DNA of 64,000 nt. Source: a virus (Duplodnaviria; Caudoviricetes). The stretch lies in the IMG/VR virus record IMGVR_UViG_3300042305_001561, positions 895-64,894 of that record. One strand, written 5' to 3'. Both the position numbers and the translations under genes were made by a program. Within the stretch, counting starts at the first letter, position 1, and each line of letters begins with the position of its first letter. Of this stretch, positions 39,017-48,554 are shown in pieces. The notes beneath the pieces were generated by a model, which did not search any database, was not told the origin of the DNA, and saw only the letters and a list, made by a program, of their open reading frames with translations.

Positions 39017-40516
39017 CTAACCTATGACTGAAAGCTTGAGGTTTCGTATCAACACATCATTCTTGAAGTTTACAAGTTTGAGTTGAAGTTCGAACTTATC
39101 GCCGTTTGGTATAACTTCTTTCATCTTTCCAAGATGTCCAACAGTCATAGTAAATGAGTGTGTAATGGTTTTGTTTGTTGTACTCGGATCTCCATCCATT
39201 ATCTTTACTCGACCAATATACTTTCCATTTACATATGCTTTGATGGCACATTTTCCAACGTGAAATACTGGTCCTGTTTCTATTTCCAATAATGATGTTC
39301 CGCCGTCTATTGCCTTACTAATCAAATCTTTTAACGTATTTTGCGGGCGAACATACAAAGATAACCCTTCACGTACTGTAGCATATTGATTTATTGGAGC
39401 AGATACACTGGCGTAGTTTGTTGATACGCTTGTGGGAACAGTCAAATTATTATCGGATGGTACAGCATATGATACTGTGTTCATCTTTGTCATAATATCT
39501 TTGATTGTTACAGTAACAGGAGAACCATCAATGTCTGGGAATGTATATACTTGTTGACCCCACGGACCATCAAGATCTGGCATTGGATTTCTGTATAGTG
39601 AGAATATGCGATCTATATTTCCGTGATGCATAAAGAATATAGGATCATTTGCCGCATATCTTAGAGTTCCCATATTACGATTCTTACCATAACGAGTACC
39701 TACCCAATCGTGGCCATCATTGTGTGGTCCAGATTCCACCAACCCTTGGCCAGTTGCTCTATCTGTAACAGGCTTCCCGCCAAATTGTTCCCAAGGGGTT
39801 GTAAGAACAAGATTGATATATTCTGGACTCATATAGTTTTTGCACTCTTGAACGTGAGCTTTTGAATCTTGTGAAACTTCGTTGTTTGGATCCATTTTGC
39901 TCTTTTGTATTGTTGGTCCACGATTTCCGTCAAACAATGCAATGTTGTCAAATCCAAGATTATCGGCGTTTACCATATTCTCTTGAGTAAGATCATATCC
40001 AAACAGCGGACTCGCCAAACCTCTTGCTTCACGTTCTTTTGTGTTTGGTATTTCTTGATGTGCACACCAATCCCAGAATGGATATGCAAAGGGTACACCG
40101 TTGTATCCCAACTTATCCAAACAGTTTGCGAGTATTCTTTCTAAGAAGAAAATATAGCCACGATGCCAAGGTAGAAAATGCCAACCCCAATGTACTTGAG
40201 GGTTTGCTGCATCCGAAGCTGTGCAGTGTTTCATATGAATATTTGCATATGATTCCCATTGGGTAGGTGTTCCCATAGGAAGAGTATTTCGCATATAGTC
40301 AACTGCTTTACACAGCGTTCTTACTTCTTCGTCGGTAAGATCATAAAAGCTTTTGCGAACTCTGTTTGGTTCTTTTCCAAATACAAAAGGTTTTGCGTTT
40401 GGATCACACAGTTCAACGGGCTTATTTATTCCACCCGGTTGAGCCGAATTCAATGTAGCTACACTGGTCAATCCGATGGCACCAGTACCAATAAATTTTC
40501 TTCTTGATATTTTCAT
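39017..40516 (-). CDS. Tat-exported tyrosinase/polyphenol oxidase
   Basis: SRRKFI twin-Arg; CuA H..HC, H...FLPWHR; CuB HNDGH, DPIFFMHHGNIDR. Confidence 0.85.
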   Translation of the reverse strand: MKISRRKFIGTGAIGLTSVATLNSAQPGGINKPVELCDPNAKPFVFGKEPNRVRKSFYDLTDEEVRTLCKAVDYMRNTLPMGTPTQWESYANIHMKHCTASDAANPQVHWGWHFLPWHRGYIFFLERILANCLDKLGYNGVPFAYPFWDWCAHQEIPNTKEREARGLASPLFGYDLTQENMVNADNLGFDNIALFDGNRGPTIQKSKMDPNNEVSQDSKAHVQECKNYMSPEYINLVLTTPWEQFGGKPVTDRATGQGLVESGPHNDGHDWVGTRYGKNRNMGTLRYAANDPIFFMHHGNIDRIFSLYRNPMPDLDGPWGQQVYTFPDIDGSPVTVTIKDIMTKMNTVSYAVPSDNNLTVPTSVSTNYASVSAPINQYATVREGLSLYVRPQNTLKDLISKAIDGGTSLLEIETGPVFHVGKCAIKAYVNGKYIGRVKIMDGDPSTTNKTITHSFTMTVGHLGKMKEVIPNGDKFELQLKLVNFKNDVLIRNLKLSVIG

Positions 40517-40553
40517 AACCTATATAACTATAACTATAAAAAATAACAAAATA

Positions 40554-41162
40554 TCATCTGACTACTAAACTTGTAGTTTCACTTTTTACAAGTCCAGCAG
40601 TATTGCGTGCTTCTACTTTATAGTTTCCTGAATCAGCAGTTGTAATATTGGCTAGTTTTAGGCTTGCATTTGTTTTGCCCGCTAAAACTACATTATTTTT
40701 ATACCATACAAATCTTAAAGGTCCAGTTGCAGCAGCATCAACATTTGCTTTTATAGTAATATCATCGCCAACATATGCATCTGCTTGTAGACTATATAAA
40801 TCACCTTCAAGCAACCAAAAGTTTCTGCTTATTCTGGTTAGTTTCCATTGCGAACCCATTTTTCGCGTTCTAAAAGCATCATCTGATTGTAGTATAACTA
40901 CGCCATTTTCACCAACAATATTTATTGTACCATCTGATAATGCTGTGCCATATATTTCTGTACCCGTGCCAAATACGTTGGTTCTTTCAAATGGCACAAC
41001 AAATCTAACCGTTGAGTTATTTGGCGTCTGCATCGCAATCAAATAACCAGAATCTCTGTTTGTTATTTTATATTCGGTGCTTGTGCTTATGGTTTTTACA
41101 TCCAAAGCATATGATGTAAGAGCAACTGTCAAGAATGTCAGTAGTAGAAATATCTTTTTCAT
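40554..41162 (-). CDS. secreted Ig-domain protein
   Basis: Signal peptide; WYKN, DSGNYKVEARN. Confidence 0.75.
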   Translation of the reverse strand: MKKIFLLLTFLTVALTSYALDVKTISTSTEYKITNRDSGYLIAMQTPNNSTVRFVVPFERTNVFGTGTEIYGTALSDGTINIVGENGVVILQSDDAFRTRKMGSQWKLTRISRNFWLLEGDLYSLQADAYVGDDITIKANVDAAATGPLRFVWYKNNVVLAGKTNASLKLANITTADSGNYKVEARNTAGLVKSETTSLVVR

Positions 41163-41279
41163 ATACCGTATAAATATAATATATACGGTATGAAAATATT
41201 ATAAACCGTTGATTAGTTTCTAATCATACTGATTTTCACGCCACTAATATATGGCGTGAATAATCAAACTTCAAGAATT

Positions 41280-41615
41280 TTATCCGCGAATAATTTGGAT
41301 TCTAACCTGATTAGGAGCAACTGGCGTAACAACAACAATAGCAAGAGGATCGCTATCAGCAGTGCCCCAGTTATTGGTTGCACGAAGCTTGTATGTGCCA
41401 GCATCTGTTAGAGCAATGGCATTGAATACAAGATTAGCACCAGTAGCAACTTGTACATCATTCTTGAACCACGCAAATGTGATTGGAGTTGTGCCCTGTG
41501 CTTCACCAGCAAGTGTGATTTTTGTGCCAGTATATTCTGTTGATTGTGTTTGAGCAAACAAACTCGTAGCTGAAACTAACAACGCTAAAATGCCTGAGAC
41601 TAGTAGTTTTTTCAT
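41280..41615 (-). CDS. secreted single Ig-domain protein
   Basis: Signal peptide; WFKN, DAGTYKLRATN. Confidence 0.75.
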   Translation of the reverse strand: MKKLLVSGILALLVSATSLFAQTQSTEYTGTKITLAGEAQGTTPITFAWFKNDVQVATGANLVFNAIALTDAGTYKLRATNNWGTADSDPLAIVVVTPVAPNQVRIQIIRG

Positions 41616-41694
41616 AATTTATGGATTTTATCTTTCAACCATAAATATCTTCGTATATATGAAAAACGTATATATAAAAACTCATTGGAAAATT

Positions 41695-41856
41695 TTACCA
41701 ACGATGTATTACGCCAGCAATAATAAACATATTGGTGATGATGTAAAAAAGTACAATGAGCGTGCGAACAAATGCAACTTTATCTGCTTCACAATTATCT
41801 TCACTTGCTTTTTCACCAAGTGATTTTGCCCATATTCTCCAAAATGATTTTAGCAT
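41695..41856 (-). CDS. small membrane protein
   Basis: WRIWAKSLGEKA...IIAGVIHRW. Confidence 0.55.
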   Translation of the reverse strand: MLKSFWRIWAKSLGEKASEDNCEADKVAFVRTLIVLFYIITNMFIIAGVIHRW

Positions 41857-41861
41857 AAAAT

Positions 41862-41947
41862 TGGTAGCCGCAGTGGGATTTGAACCCACAATCCCGAAGG
41901 CAATTGATTTTAAGTCAATTATGTATATCCAGTTCCATCATACGGCC
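41862..41947 (-). tRNA. tRNA-Leu(TAA)
   Basis: Cloverleaf, long variable arm, encoded CCA. Confidence 0.92.
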
Positions 41948-41954
41948 ATAAAAA

Positions 41955-42031
41955 TGGTAGTCGCGAAGGGACTCGAACCCCTGACCCTCTCGGTGTAAAC
42001 GAGATGCTCTAACCAACTGAGCTACACGACC
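41955..42031 (-). tRNA. tRNA-Val(TAC)
   Basis: Canonical cloverleaf, CCA. Confidence 0.95.
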
Positions 42032-42037
42032 ATACAT

Positions 42038-42121
42038 TGGTAGCCGAGGTGGGAATCGAACCCACAATGCTTTCGCGCTTGATTTTGAGTCAAGTGGATA
42101 TACCAGTTCTCCTACACGGCC
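42038..42121 (-). tRNA. tRNA-Leu(CAA)
   Basis: Cloverleaf, variable arm, CCA. Confidence 0.92.
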
Positions 42122-42122
42122 A

Positions 42123-42545
42123 TTATTTTTTTCTTTTCCAAGAATCTGTCAAAGCGTGACAATTACAGCATAATAACTGAAGATTGTCAATATTGTTATT
42201 AGTCCTATCGCCATCAATATGATGGACCTCAAGAGGTATTTTATTTTCCATCCACGTTGTTTGCTTACACGATTCGCATTTGTGGGTTCTTTCACCTATT
42301 AAGTGAGGTTTTAAGTAGGCTGCTCTTGTATAATCCGTCCAATCTTTTAATCTTTGTCCACTATTCCATCCCTGCCCCGTCCAGTGCGACGTATCAACAT
42401 TTAATCTTTGTAGATTTCTTTTCATATTATTGAAACTCCCACCAGCCGGTCGAAGTCCCAAGGATTTGAGTAATCCAGCAAGACTTTTTACGTTTGCTGC
42501 ATTGGCGATTATGTCTTTATCAGTATAATTTTTGTATTGTCTCAT
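42123..42545 (-). CDS. HNH homing endonuclease in tRNA array
   Basis: CESC, LEVHHIDGDRTNN..NLQLLCCNCH. Confidence 0.85.
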   Translation of the reverse strand: MRQYKNYTDKDIIANAANVKSLAGLLKSLGLRPAGGSFNNMKRNLQRLNVDTSHWTGQGWNSGQRLKDWTDYTRAAYLKPHLIGERTHKCESCKQTTWMENKIPLEVHHIDGDRTNNNIDNLQLLCCNCHALTDSWKRKK

Positions 42546-42625
42546 ACTAATAAATATTAGATTGGAAAACAAAACAACAAATATTTTTTCGTCTTCCATT
42601 TACCACGCTCTAACAACTAAAAATT

Positions 42626-42709
42626 TGGTGGTCGAGAAGGGACTTGAACCCATACGCCTTGCGGCAAAAGCTTCTAAAACTTTCATGTCTGCCATTCCAT
42701 CACTCGACC
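42626..42709 (-). tRNA. tRNA-Leu(TAG)
   Basis: Cloverleaf, variable arm, CCA. Confidence 0.9.
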
Positions 42710-42713
42710 ATAA

Positions 42714-42756
42714 TCAAAGAACACCTATACTCTACACACTTTATTTATTTCGTCAA
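42714..42756 (-). promoter_or_regulatory. sigma70-like promoter plus boxA-like TGTTCTTTGA
   Basis: TTGACG-16 nt-TAGAGT then TGTTCTTTGATT. Confidence 0.6.
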
Positions 42757-43089
42757 GAACTTTCTGCGATAAACTGCATATCCCAATCCAATCATTCCTG
42801 CAAACAATGCATATGTAGATGGTTCAGGTACCGCAGGGCCACAATAATCTTTATCATAACCACCTCCGCCGCCATAATATGGACGCTTGTATTTATCGTC
42901 ATCATCGTCATCATCTTCATCGTCATCATCCCAATCATAACTGCTGCTCATACTAATCATCTGCACAGGGTCTGTATATGACGGCTGAAATGTGCTCATA
43001 ATATCATAATTACCAAAATCTACAACAGAGTCATTGGCAAAAATGCCGCTAACAAACATAGTAAAGATAAACAATAGTTTCTTATTCAT
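42745..43089 (-). CDS. PEP-CTERM sorting-domain protein
   Basis: Signal peptide, poly-Asp, AVPEPSTYALFAGMIGLGYAVYRRK. Confidence 0.85.
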   Translation of the reverse strand: MNKKLLFIFTMFVSGIFANDSVVDFGNYDIMSTFQPSYTDPVQMISMSSSYDWDDDDEDDDDDDDKYKRPYYGGGGGYDKDYCGPAVPEPSTYALFAGMIGLGYAVYRRKFLTK

Positions 43090-43155
43090 ATGCTATAACT
43101 ATACAGATTTTTATGCTATACTCAAGCATAAAATCTATAATAAGTAATAATACGG

Positions 43156-43602
43156 TTATATCTTATAATCTTCGTGCTCTATGCTTTTTAGACTATTGTA
43201 TATGTAATGTACCCAATAATCAAGTTCGTGCGATTCATCTACTTTCAAATGATATTCATTTGGTTGCGTAAACAACTTTGTTGTATCAGTAAAATCTCTA
43301 ACTGGTTTTCTTGCCATTAATATTACATAAGCATCTTTGGCGCCAAATGCCTCTCGTGCTGCTGCCGTAGGGCATACAAAATCTGCTATGGCATATACAC
43401 CTGTTCTATTTACTATATCACATAATACTCCCATTCTTCTGGCGTGTTCTATTCTATCAGCTACATCAAACGTAAGGTCTTTATTTATTTTAGTTCTTAT
43501 TTCGTCGGCGTTGAAATGAACAGCGTTCATTGCTTTTGCTAAAGCAGTAGATAATGTTGTTTTACCCGAACCAGGCAATCCCATGACAAGTATCTTTTTC
43601 AT
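43156..43602 (-). CDS. adenylylsulfate-kinase-like P-loop kinase
   Basis: GLPGSGKTT, NADEIR, DRIEHARR, DFVCP. Confidence 0.75.
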   Translation of the reverse strand: MKKILVMGLPGSGKTTLSTALAKAMNAVHFNADEIRTKINKDLTFDVADRIEHARRMGVLCDIVNRTGVYAIADFVCPTAAAREAFGAKDAYVILMARKPVRDFTDTTKLFTQPNEYHLKVDESHELDYWVHYIYNSLKSIEHEDYKI

Positions 43603-43658
43603 AACTACGGTTAGTGTTAATATTTATGTAAATTTTTACAGATTAAAAAACCAGTTCA

Positions 43659-44171
43659 TCAAACTTTACAATTTGTAAACAATTTTTTTTCTTTTACGTG
43701 CTCAACTGGGCATTCGTAAAAATATCTTATTCTGTTTTTAAATCTATCTCTTTTTGAAACTTTTTTCCAATATTCGGAAGAGCTTGTAGTTACTATAAGA
43801 GCCGTAGTCATAGTGTCATTTAATATAACATATGCATACGGTTTTGGATCAGCATTATCGAATGTATGACATACGTCAACTATGATTGTTTTATAAGGAA
43901 AATCTTTTAGACCAGAAAATTTTAAAGATTTTCTATGTTTTACTTCTATTCTTTTATTTCCATTCAATTCATCAACAATTTCGAGATCTCCGTCGTCTGC
44001 ATATTCTGCCATTTTCTCTACGCTTGGCCTTTCCTTGACTTCGAATATATTTACTTTTTTTCCTAATGAACGAAGCCAATCGGCGACGACTTCTACGGAT
44101 TTTTTGCTTTCTCTCAAATCGGAGATAAAATTGGGATCTTCCTTTTCATACTTGGAAAAACTATATTTCAT
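43659..44171 (-). CDS. hypothetical protein, possible PD-(D/E)XK fold
   Basis: DDGDL...IEVKHR. Confidence 0.5.
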   Translation of the reverse strand: MKYSFSKYEKEDPNFISDLRESKKSVEVVADWLRSLGKKVNIFEVKERPSVEKMAEYADDGDLEIVDELNGNKRIEVKHRKSLKFSGLKDFPYKTIIVDVCHTFDNADPKPYAYVILNDTMTTALIVTTSSSEYWKKVSKRDRFKNRIRYFYECPVEHVKEKKLFTNCKV

Positions 44172-44175
44172 ATAA

Positions 44176-44250
44176 TGGTAGTGGGTGCGGCGTTTGAATC
44201 CGCTATCTTGGCTTATGAGACCAGCATTATACCACATTAATTAACCCACC
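44176..44250 (-). tRNA. tRNA-CAT (Met or Ile2), divergent
   Basis: GGUGGGU/ACCCACU acceptor, CUCAUAA loop, stem mismatches. Confidence 0.75.
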
Positions 44251-44259
44251 CTAACAATT

Positions 44260-44353
44260 TGGTAGTCCCAGAGGGAATCGAACCCCCGCTCGGCACTAAT
44301 CAGGTGCGCACAGTTTATAAGGCTGTCGGTGCTTCCAGTTACACTATGGGACC
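44260..44353 (-). tRNA. tRNA-Ile(TAT) with long variable arm
   Basis: CUUAUAA loop, GCAC/GUGC variable stem, CCA. Confidence 0.85.
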
Positions 44354-44403
44354 AAATCAACTAACAGTGACTAGTATGGATGTTATTTATCCAAAGTCAA
44401 TAA

Positions 44404-45396
44404 CTATTTTTCAATTAAGTTTTGTTTGAATATTTTCCAGCAATTTTCCCAAGTCCAATATGAACCATTCATCGCGACTATATCACGATTTAGTTTTAGC
44501 GACTTGTTGATACAATCTTCAAGATTATCTCCCATATATCCTGTCAACCCATCTTGAACAATATCTATTGGACCAGAAACGGGATATGCGGCTATTGGCG
44601 TGCCTAAACTCATTGCTTCTATCAAAACTATACCAAATGTGTCTGTTTTGCTGGGAAAACAAAATACATCTGCGTTTATATATTCATTTGCTAAATCTTT
44701 TCCGGTTTTGTATCCAAGGAACTTTACATTTTTATATTTTTTCTCTAAATGTTTTCTATATGGACCATCACCAACCAAGCGAACTTCATATTTGTCTTGT
44801 AGAACACACAAGTCATCCAGATTTTTTTCAAGGGATATTCTGCCAACATATAACACAACAGGAACTTCATTCTTTTTTCTTTGAGTTGTTGGCGTCAGCA
44901 GATTCTTATCAACTCCTCTTGTCCATATAACCATCTCAACGTCAAAATTGTTTTTACTCAGTTCATTCATCATTGACTTGGTAGTAACCAATACTCTACC
45001 AGAATGTTTATGAAACCATCTTACATAAGAATATGTGATACACTTTGGTATTTTATACATTTCATTCACATACTCTGGAAACTTTGTATGATATGAAGTG
45101 TTGTATTTGTATTTCTTACTATCACAATATAGTTTGGCAAAAAGTCCAAGCGGGCCTTCTGTAGAAATATGAATATAATCTGGATTGTATTCTTCTATCT
45201 TTTTTCCTAATCCAAATGGCAGGCTCATTTTTACTTCCGGATATCTTGGCATACTAAAATGCTTATACATTTCCGGTGAAATAAAGCATACCGTATGTCC
45301 ATCATTTTCCGCCTGTATCTTTATATTCTTGTATGTAGTTACAACGCCATTTATTTGCGTGAAAAGATTATCCGTTACTATTAGTATCTTTTTCAT
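44404..45396 (-). CDS. GT4 glycosyltransferase (Agt-like glycolipid synthase)
   Basis: IVTDN..QINGVVTT, HISTEGPLG, TSYHTKFPEY, WTRGVD, FPSKTDTFG. Confidence 0.85.
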   Translation of the reverse strand: MKKILIVTDNLFTQINGVVTTYKNIKIQAENDGHTVCFISPEMYKHFSMPRYPEVKMSLPFGLGKKIEEYNPDYIHISTEGPLGLFAKLYCDSKKYKYNTSYHTKFPEYVNEMYKIPKCITYSYVRWFHKHSGRVLVTTKSMMNELSKNNFDVEMVIWTRGVDKNLLTPTTQRKKNEVPVVLYVGRISLEKNLDDLCVLQDKYEVRLVGDGPYRKHLEKKYKNVKFLGYKTGKDLANEYINADVFCFPSKTDTFGIVLIEAMSLGTPIAAYPVSGPIDIVQDGLTGYMGDNLEDCINKSLKLNRDIVAMNGSYWTWENCWKIFKQNLIEK

Positions 45397-46135
45397 TGTA
45401 GTGTATCAACTCAAATGTTCCATTGTGATGCTCTACTATGGCGGTCAATGATTCTACCCAATCGCCGCAGTTCATATAATGAACATCATTTATATGTTTC
45501 ATTTCTGGATGATGTATATGACCGCATATTACGCCAACATATCCTTTTCTTTTACAATGATTAGATATATTAGTCTCAAACTTGAATATAAAATCAACGG
45601 CCTTTTTGACGCGATGCTTCAAAAACTTGCTGAAACTCCAATAACCAAATCCAAGTTTATGTCTTATCCAGTTATATTTTGTATTTAGGGCAAGAATAAA
45701 ATCATAACTTTTGTCTCCAAGAAAACTAAGCCACGGAGCCAATCTTGTTATACCATCAAATAAATCTCCGTGAACAACAAGATATTTTTCACCATATACA
45801 CTAATATGTTCTATTTCATTACATAACTTGATGTTTCCTACTTCAAGTTCATATGGCAGCATCAATCTGAAAAACTCATCGTGATTGCCAATAACATATA
45901 CTATTTTGGTATCATTACGATGTAGTTTCAACAATCTTCTGATTACTTCAGAATGGCTGTTTTTCCATTTTGACCTGTTTTGTTGAAACTTCCAACCATC
46001 TATGACATCACCGACGAGATAAAGAGTCTCGCAACTGTTACATTTTAGAAAATTTTCTACCTCTTTCGCCTTGCTATTTTTAGAACCGAGATGTAGGTCG
46101 GATATAAAAATAGAGCGATATTTAGGTAGTTTCAT
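45368..46135 (-). CDS. PlcP/LpxH-like metallophosphoesterase
   Basis: FISDLHLG, LVGDVIDGW, GNHD, HGDLFD, GHIH, NCGDWVESLTAIVE. Confidence 0.85.
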   Translation of the reverse strand: MKLPKYRSIFISDLHLGSKNSKAKEVENFLKCNSCETLYLVGDVIDGWKFQQNRSKWKNSHSEVIRRLLKLHRNDTKIVYVIGNHDEFFRLMLPYELEVGNIKLCNEIEHISVYGEKYLVVHGDLFDGITRLAPWLSFLGDKSYDFILALNTKYNWIRHKLGFGYWSFSKFLKHRVKKAVDFIFKFETNISNHCKRKGYVGVICGHIHHPEMKHINDVHYMNCGDWVESLTAIVEHHNGTFELIHYNEKDTNSNG

Positions 46136-46387
46136 TTAGTCCGCTTTATCTCCAAACATGAACTTGTTGGCAATAACATCTATGTTATGAAATGCTATGC
46201 TAACCTTATCTATAATCCAAGGATCTAACTTTACAGTTTCACTTGCCATAATCTCTTTTATACGCTTACACTTTTCTTCTATGGCAGTTAGTTGATATTC
46301 AATCATATCCTGCTGGCGTTCTGGATTTAATGTTACCATTTCATCCATTACTTCTTTGATAAGGTCTTTGAGTTCTGATTTTTTCAT
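46136..46387 (-). CDS. hypothetical protein with MKKSELKDLIKE leader
   Basis: TATTTAT upstream. Confidence 0.55.
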   Translation of the reverse strand: MKKSELKDLIKEVMDEMVTLNPERQQDMIEYQLTAIEEKCKRIKEIMASETVKLDPWIIDKVSIAFHNIDVIANKFMFGDKAD

Positions 46388-46413
46388 ATAATAATAAATA
46401 TATACACATAAAC

Positions 46414-46440
46414 AAAAACCCAGCATTTACGCTGGGTTTT
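46414..46440 (-). terminator. rho-independent terminator
   Basis: AAAACCCAGC/GCTGGGTTTT. Confidence 0.7.
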
Positions 46441-46465
46441 CGTGAGTTGATATATATTAACTATA

Positions 46466-48430
46466 TCAAGGCTTTGGAGGCAGGAATGTGCCTGTACCAG
46501 CATTGACTGGATATACTCCACTCAAGTTGGCAGCAAAACTCAATGCACTCAAGTCTGTTACTCCCTTGGCATTGAATGTAAGTGCCGAGGTCTTTAACAG
46601 ATTGGACAGCGTGATACTGCCACCCGCAGTCAGGGTCAAGGGGCCGACCACAGAGTTGGTCGCCTGTGCAGATGTATTGAAGATATCCGCACCGCTGGTA
46701 ACGCTAGTAACGCCGCCGTTCAATAGACCAATGTTAGCAGAAGCAAGTTCAACAACATTGATTGCACCGGTACCAGTAGTGATAGAGATCAAGCCAAAGT
46801 TGTTATTTGGCTGAGTCAGTGCCACTTCAGCATTGTTGGTGTTTACAGTAACATTGCCACGAACATCGGCGGATGTAGCAGGTACTTGAGTAACTGTGGA
46901 GCCCTCAAGACCAACTGTAGATACAGTCAAGTTACCACCAACAACGGTAGTACCAAGAACTGTGCTGCGAGCCTGTGTGATATTAGCATCAGCAGTAGCA
47001 GTCAGCGTAACATTACCGAGGTTGTTTAGACCAGCAGGGTTGTTAAGAGTAACATTGCCACCAGACAGATTGCTAGTAGCAGCAGTCACGCGGCTAGTAG
47101 CCAGCAACTGTACGATGTCGTTCTTGCTAGCAGCAACCAGATTGCCAGTAACAGCAACACGGTTCAAGTTCAGCGTAGCGTCTTCAAGGATAGTAGCATT
47201 ACCACCAACGGTCAGACTTACAGGACCAAAACTGTGCTTGGCGCGTGTAATATTAGTGTCACCAGTTGTAACAAAGGCTGTTGGACCATATACGAACAGT
47301 CCTTCAGCACCATCAACGACGCTAGGAGCGGTGAATGTAGTGTTACCTGTGCTAGCAATAGCAACCTTATTCAGCGAGACGCGGGAGTTGGCAGATACAT
47401 TAGTATCACCAGTTCCGCTGCTGGCAACATCAGTAAGATTTACCATGTTACCAGACAATGTCAGGTTACCAGCAGCAAGTGCGGTATAGTTAGTAGTAGC
47501 AGCAGTGCTGGCTACAACAATATTGTTACCAGACACAGTCACATTTGTGCTAGAAACTCTGGGTAAAGAAATGTCCTTACCAGACACAGCCAGATTGGCA
47601 ACATTGAGTGTACCAGTTCCCTGCGTAACTGCACCAGCAGCAATAGTACCGGTGGCATTGATAGTGATGTTACCCGTGGATGTAATAAATCCATTCGGAG
47701 CAATCACGACGCTTCCGCCAGATGTAGACACATCAGTCTTGCCGTTGAGCACCATGGGAGCAGATGCAGACGAACCAATCGTGACTGTGCCACCATAGGT
47801 ATTGACAACAAGGTTACCAGTTACTACAGCACCACCGATATTAGCAGCACGCGAAGCAATTGTGATACTATCACCAACAGACTGAATGATGGCACCATCA
47901 TTTACGGTGACACCGTTAACCAGAACGCTGGTGGGTAGATTGTCTTGGCTGGGCAACTTACCATTGGTATTCCAGTATCCAAGAGATACAGTGGGATCAT
48001 CCACAGTGCTAACATATAGTCCAGCAACATTGATGGTGCTGGTGCCGCCGATCAAAACGCCACCCGGATTAAGGATAAACACTTTGCCATTGGACTCAAT
48101 AGCACCGTTGATTGTAGATGCTGCTCCACCAGTAACAATGTTTAGAACAGATGAACCGGCAGACGGCAGTGTATATTCAATGCGTTCACCCGTATTGAAT
48201 GTGCTTGTGCCGCTACCAAATGCCTGCCAAGACAACACGGCCTTGTTTGGTGCAGAAACATTCAGCGTGGTCGCTGTTCCTGTTACATTTACACCCGTTG
48301 TGGTTTGTAGATTGCTGACATCAATGCTAGGAATAGCAAAGACATAACCAGCGAATACAAACGCCATGAACAAAGAAAAAGTCTTTGTCCAAAACGAGTT
48401 ATTTCGTGTATTAGTATTATTGTATTTCAT
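46466..48430 (-). CDS. filamentous-haemagglutinin-like (TPS-domain) beta-helix protein
   Basis: Signal peptide, AVLSWQAF, STINGAIESNGKVFILNPGG, T/G/N/V-rich repeats. Confidence 0.8.
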   Translation of the reverse strand: MKYNNTNTRNNSFWTKTFSLFMAFVFAGYVFAIPSIDVSNLQTTTGVNVTGTATTLNVSAPNKAVLSWQAFGSGTSTFNTGERIEYTLPSAGSSVLNIVTGGAASTINGAIESNGKVFILNPGGVLIGGTSTINVAGLYVSTVDDPTVSLGYWNTNGKLPSQDNLPTSVLVNGVTVNDGAIIQSVGDSITIASRAANIGGAVVTGNLVVNTYGGTVTIGSSASAPMVLNGKTDVSTSGGSVVIAPNGFITSTGNITINATGTIAAGAVTQGTGTLNVANLAVSGKDISLPRVSSTNVTVSGNNIVVASTAATTNYTALAAGNLTLSGNMVNLTDVASSGTGDTNVSANSRVSLNKVAIASTGNTTFTAPSVVDGAEGLFVYGPTAFVTTGDTNITRAKHSFGPVSLTVGGNATILEDATLNLNRVAVTGNLVAASKNDIVQLLATSRVTAATSNLSGGNVTLNNPAGLNNLGNVTLTATADANITQARSTVLGTTVVGGNLTVSTVGLEGSTVTQVPATSADVRGNVTVNTNNAEVALTQPNNNFGLISITTGTGAINVVELASANIGLLNGGVTSVTSGADIFNTSAQATNSVVGPLTLTAGGSITLSNLLKTSALTFNAKGVTDLSALSFAANLSGVYPVNAGTGTFLPPKP

Positions 48431-48554
48431 ATTTATTTTATGTATTTGTCTTTTACGACTTTGAACCGATAAATATACACGTATATACGACAGCGTCAAG
48501 TAAAAACTTCTTATATATATTTTTATATATACGATTTGATATATATTATCACTT

